Shown here: positions 59,905 to 64,000 of the stretch, piece after piece
Position numbering within the stretch: the first letter of the stretch is position 1
How the letters are laid out: every line of letters starts with the position of its first letter
Assembly (NCBI RefSeq): GCF_018350175.1
Contig: NC_058368.1
Span: 192,884,001 to 192,948,000 of the forward strand
Length of the DNA: 64,000 bases
From: Felis catus
Lineage: Eukaryota
Direction of reading: 5' to 3'
Notes under the pieces: generated by a model
What the model was told of the DNA's origin: nothing
Databases searched by the model: none
What the model saw: the letters and a program-made list of their open reading frames with translations, nothing else
Translations under genes and position numbers: made by a program

Positions 59905-62124
59905 GAAAATTAATAATTGTTAAAATAGCGTGTGAACGTTGCCATCGATTCACTTATTCACTTAACATTACTTATGGAGTTAATCCTATGCCGGGTACTG
60001 ATTTAAGAAGCAGTGAGCAAGTCAGACCCTGCCCGCAGGGAGCCCACATTCTAGATTGATAATATCCAAATCTATAAGCCTGCAATACAATGCCCATTTG
60101 GGAGAAGGGGTGTGAAATACACAAGACTGTCATGAATACCAAGCGTGGCTTTCCATCTACAAATCATTAGATCCTGAGTAGGTTGCTTTGCTTTGTTGAT
60201 CCTTAGTTTCCTCATCTATAAAACGGTAGTAATAATAGGACCTGCTTTGTGGGGGTTTTGTGAGAACTAATTGAAATGTGTACCTAGGGTTCTCATTGGA
60301 CGAGTAACAGTACCTAGGACATAATAAGTGCTTCATATGTTGATTATTGTTGTGTCATATTACAGGGAAGGGGGTCCAGAGGGGAGTGGACGTGGCTATG
60401 AGCTGTGTAGGGACTGTGTAGGGATTGAGGAAGGTGGGGGTGGGTGGACACCTAGGAGACAGAGCAGGTGGAGGGGTAGGAAGAGGTGAACACACTGGGC
60501 TGGCTGTGGGTGGGTTGGGATGATATAGAAGGAAAGAAGGGGTGTGAGGGACCCAGCCCAGAAGATAGAAGTGGATTGGAGCCCTAACCAGCAGGGAGCT
60601 CCCATGGAGCTCCCCCAGGATTCCTGGTCCAGCCAGGAACTAGGGTGGAGGTTGGTGAGGTAGGAAGCCCATTCATCCCATCCTTGGTGCCCAGGGACAG
60701 AGCCATCTCAGGGTCAGCTGGTCTGGATCTCTGAGTGCCCGATATTTTCATGTTAGGCTTGTGGGCTGATGTGAGGGTCCCTTCAAAACTTCCATTCCAT
60801 TCTCTGTGATGATGCCAGACTCTTTACTGTTAGAGTCACTCCCCATGTGGGGGGCAGGTGGCAATGTCTGGGTGACCCTGTGTCCAAAGTTCTTCGCCAA
60901 GAATCTAGATGTGATCTAGAAGCAGAGAGGGAGGGTTTTCTTCAGGGGGTTCCAAACTGGCTGGTCCTCAGACTTTCCCAAGACTCCAGTACAGACCCTG
61001 GGGCCTCAGTTCCCTGCGTGCTGGTGCAGTGACATAGGGCACGGTCTCATTGCTGTCTCCTTGGCATCCATGCCACTACAGCCGAATCAATGACAGGTGC
61101 TTCTCAGACAAACAGGTACGGGAGCTTTCACTCTGCACATCAGTCAGACTTTACTACAAGCTAGAGTCAAACTCCGGGATCCATGTGTGATAAAAACAAC
61201 ATAGTCACTTACTCAGTGACTTAAAGCTTGTTGGGTGCACGTGCATGTGGGCTGGTGTGTGGGTGTGATACGTAGGAATAAGGGAAAGGAAAGGAGAACA
61301 GGTCGAGTGGGGAGAGAAAGCCAGAGAAGTGAAATCTTTGCTTCCCAAGAGAAAATGAAATCCAAAGGAAAAATCATTGCCCTGGGGGACTCGTGAATCT
61401 TACCTGCATTCAGTGAATCTCAGTGAATAATCTTATTCAGTAAAGCTTTTTATGCAAATCCACGCAAACAAATTCTGGGCCCTGCTGCGTCCTGGGAGGG
61501 CTGACTCCATTTCAGAAGCTGTGAGCGGGAGGTGAATTTAGCAGGAGGCCCCTCCTGAAAGCTGAAGATAAGACGCTGGCCATGGCCCACAGGACTCATA
61601 TGACAGTTTCCAGCGATAGCTTCTTAGCCACACACAAAATATATATCTATGGCTTTTTGACACAAACTACTCAAAATATCAAATTTTTTTCAAATTAGTT
61701 TTGAGCAGCAAAATCCCCTTTTGCCCAAAGGAGTTTTAAATGGAACCCTGACGCGAACAAGAGAAAAAGGCAAGTTGCTCTGGTCCCAGCATGGAAATGG
61801 GGATGGGGCACAGTGCCTCACGCATTCACCATTCAGGTTAGGCCCACCGCTCTCCACCCAGTCCTGGCCTCAGGCAACAAAGGTCTCAGATGGGATTTAT
61901 CACGCTTACACGCCTTTACCTTCCCCATTTCACAGGCGAAGAATCCTGGCACCCTGTTGCGGTACGATTAACCCCCTGCACTCAACAAGGGCCACCTGGC
62001 TACCACCTGGGGCGCAGCGCTACCCTGGGCCGGACGACCAGTTCTTTCTGGAAAAAGGAACCTTAAGGAGACCCTGGCCAGAAGCTTGGGAGGTGACTCA
62101 CTGGTTCCTGGTTCTGTGACTTTG

Positions 62125-62300
62125 CCCACTGACAAGGGTTCAGGCTCTGAAATCAGAGGTTCAAATCCTGGCTCTGTCGCTGAACACTGTGTGATCTTAG
62201 GCAAGTCTCTTAACCTCTCTGAGCGTGTTTTCTCTTCCACAAAATGGACTTAGTTCCTACATCCCAGGTTTGTGTAAGGAGTAAAGAAGCTGTTAAGTGT
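62125..62300 (+). mobile_element. MIR
   Basis: ggttcaaatcctggctctgtc...tgtgtgatcttaggcaagtctcttaacctctctgagc. Confidence 0.85.
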
Positions 62301-62406
62301 CGGGGGTAGCAAAGGCATGTCCACATGGCCCAGGAAAGTACTGGAGATGGATGAGTAGTCACGTGTGGTGGCCAGCAGGCAAGCACAGTTCTAAAGGGGA
62401 GGGTGT

Positions 62407-62620
62407 GGGGCGCCTAGATGGCTAGTCAGTTAACTATTTGACTTGGCTCGGGTCATGATCTCGCGGTTCCTGAGTTTGAGCCCAGAATCCGGTCTGTGCT
62501 GACAGCTCGGAGCCTGGAGCCTGCTTCAGATTCTGTGTCTCCCTCCCTCTCTCTCTGCCCCTCCCCTGCTTGCTCCCTGTCTCTCAAAAATGAATAAACA
62601 TTAAAAAAAAAATTTTTTTT
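62407..62620 (+). mobile_element. Can-SINE
   Basis: ggggcgcctagatggct...gagcctggagcctgcttcagattctgtgtctccc...aataaacattaaaa. Confidence 0.92.
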
Positions 62621-63354
62621 TAAGGCAAGCTGTCACTGAGTGGCAGCTGACTGTTCTCTTAAGGGAAGGCAGGCCCAGGGATGGCATTTTCCCAATTTTC
62701 CCAGAAAAAAATAGAAATTTAGATTTTTTTGTGTAAAACTGCTGAATTTTAGACCTTGGCAGTGAATTCAGTTTTTCAATGCTGTGGATCAAACAAAACA
62801 CATCTGGAAGGTCAGAGGCTTGTAACCATAGATATCACGTGACAGTGACTGACACCTAGGCGTCACTCGCTAGGCTTCACGTGGACAAATGAGCATGCCT
62901 CTTCCACCTTCCCCCCTTTTCATTCTGTCCTGACCACCCTGTTACCAGGTGAACTCTGAGTTTCCTTCTGAGAGGATCAAGAAATCTTCACAAGCTCACC
63001 CAGCTGAGCCCGATCTCACGATTGCAGGTATCCTGCCCTGCTGTCTCAGACACTTCCCCCCTGCCTGTAGATGTCGTGACAACTCACTACAGGCGGTTAT
63101 GGGCAGCGCGGCAGCTTCAGAAAGTGTGTGTGTCAAGGGGAGGGGCGCCCTTCAAAGATGCCATCTCTGCTTCCTGCCTCTTAAATTCAAAGCTGGCTTC
63201 TCAAGGAGTTTAGGATCTTTGCTCTGGGCGCCTGAGCCACTTTGTAGCAGGATTAATCACTATCTCTGAGAAGAACTCTCCAGGGTTCTGGTGACGTCCT
63301 TGGAAGATACACATCTGGAGTTGGACCAGCTGCCTTTCAGTCCCAGCATGGGTG

Positions 63355-63356
<2 letters not shown>

Positions 63357-63404
<48 letters not shown>
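63357..63404. repeat. (GT)n microsatellite
   Basis: Direct reading. Confidence 0.95.
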
Positions 63405-63406
<2 letters not shown>

Positions 63407-64000
63407 GGAGCACAGAGGGGTTGGTCTTTAATTTTCTTTTTCTCCCTTTCCTCTTTTCCTCCCTTTCCATTTCCTCCTCCTCCTCCTTTTTTTTTTTTTA
63501 ACAAAGGTAGGCTTTTATATAAATGATACACACTTACTGAAAAATTTTTAACTCAGGAAAGTTCAAAGTACCAAGTAAAAAAGCAAAATCAAAACCAAAC
63601 ACAAAACCTTGCTTCTCAGAAAAATCACTGATAACTCAGTATCTTCCCAGATGTCTCTTTATATGTAGGTAAACTGATACAGAAATGAGTATTTAATTTT
63701 ACATAGTTGGGCTCATAAAATATCTGTGCAGTCGTGCAACTTGCTTTTTTCTCTGAAACAGCATGCCTGGGGATATCTTTCCCTGGCAACGTATTCAGAT
63801 CTGCACCGTGGCTGAGCTGCACAACGATTCACGGGCATGCCATAAATTATTTATCAGATCCCTGTTAGGAAGAAGCACCAACTCCCCCTGTTAAGGTCCC
63901 CGGAACTTCTCCCGACCCTCCATCCCACGCACGGACATTGGGCCATCCTCCCAACTGGCTTTCCTGCTTGTAGGCCTTCCCTGACAATCCATTCTCACAC

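Noticed and set aside
3700..64000. Exons of another protein-coding gene or a processed pseudogene upstream of GALNT10
   Set aside because: No non-L1 ORF resembles a protein I recognise. Non-coding exons cannot be excluded without transcript data.

Overview
Mammalian genomic DNA, almost certainly felid (cat family), judged from Can-SINEs of the SINEC_Fc type and carnivore/feline LINE-1 3' ends. The only host gene I can support is the first coding exon of GALNT10 (polypeptide N-acetylgalactosaminyltransferase 10) on the minus strand at 2182-2340. It lies in a CpG-island promoter (~2060-3660), and bases 1-2181 are the start of intron 1. The remaining ~60 kb is upstream intergenic DNA dominated by transposable elements: a decayed full-length ~7.3 kb LINE-1 (37613-44948) nested in an ancient L1M, two 5'-truncated L1s with clear TSDs, many Can-SINEs (several nested or inverted), solo LTRs, MaLR, MER5, MIR and L2 relics, and microsatellites. 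Nearly all ORFs in the track are artefacts of GC-rich or repeat DNA, or are L1 fragments. I found no convincing previously undescribed biological system. The best leads are regulatory or evolutionary: three same-orientation perfect CTCF core motifs, a motif-dense candidate enhancer at ~23.4-23.8 kb, an odd CpG-rich patch at ~13.0-13.2 kb, a palindromic double-CCAAT solo LTR, and well-resolved nested insertions. Repeat subfamily names come from recognition, not from a database search, and boundaries of old elements are approximate.
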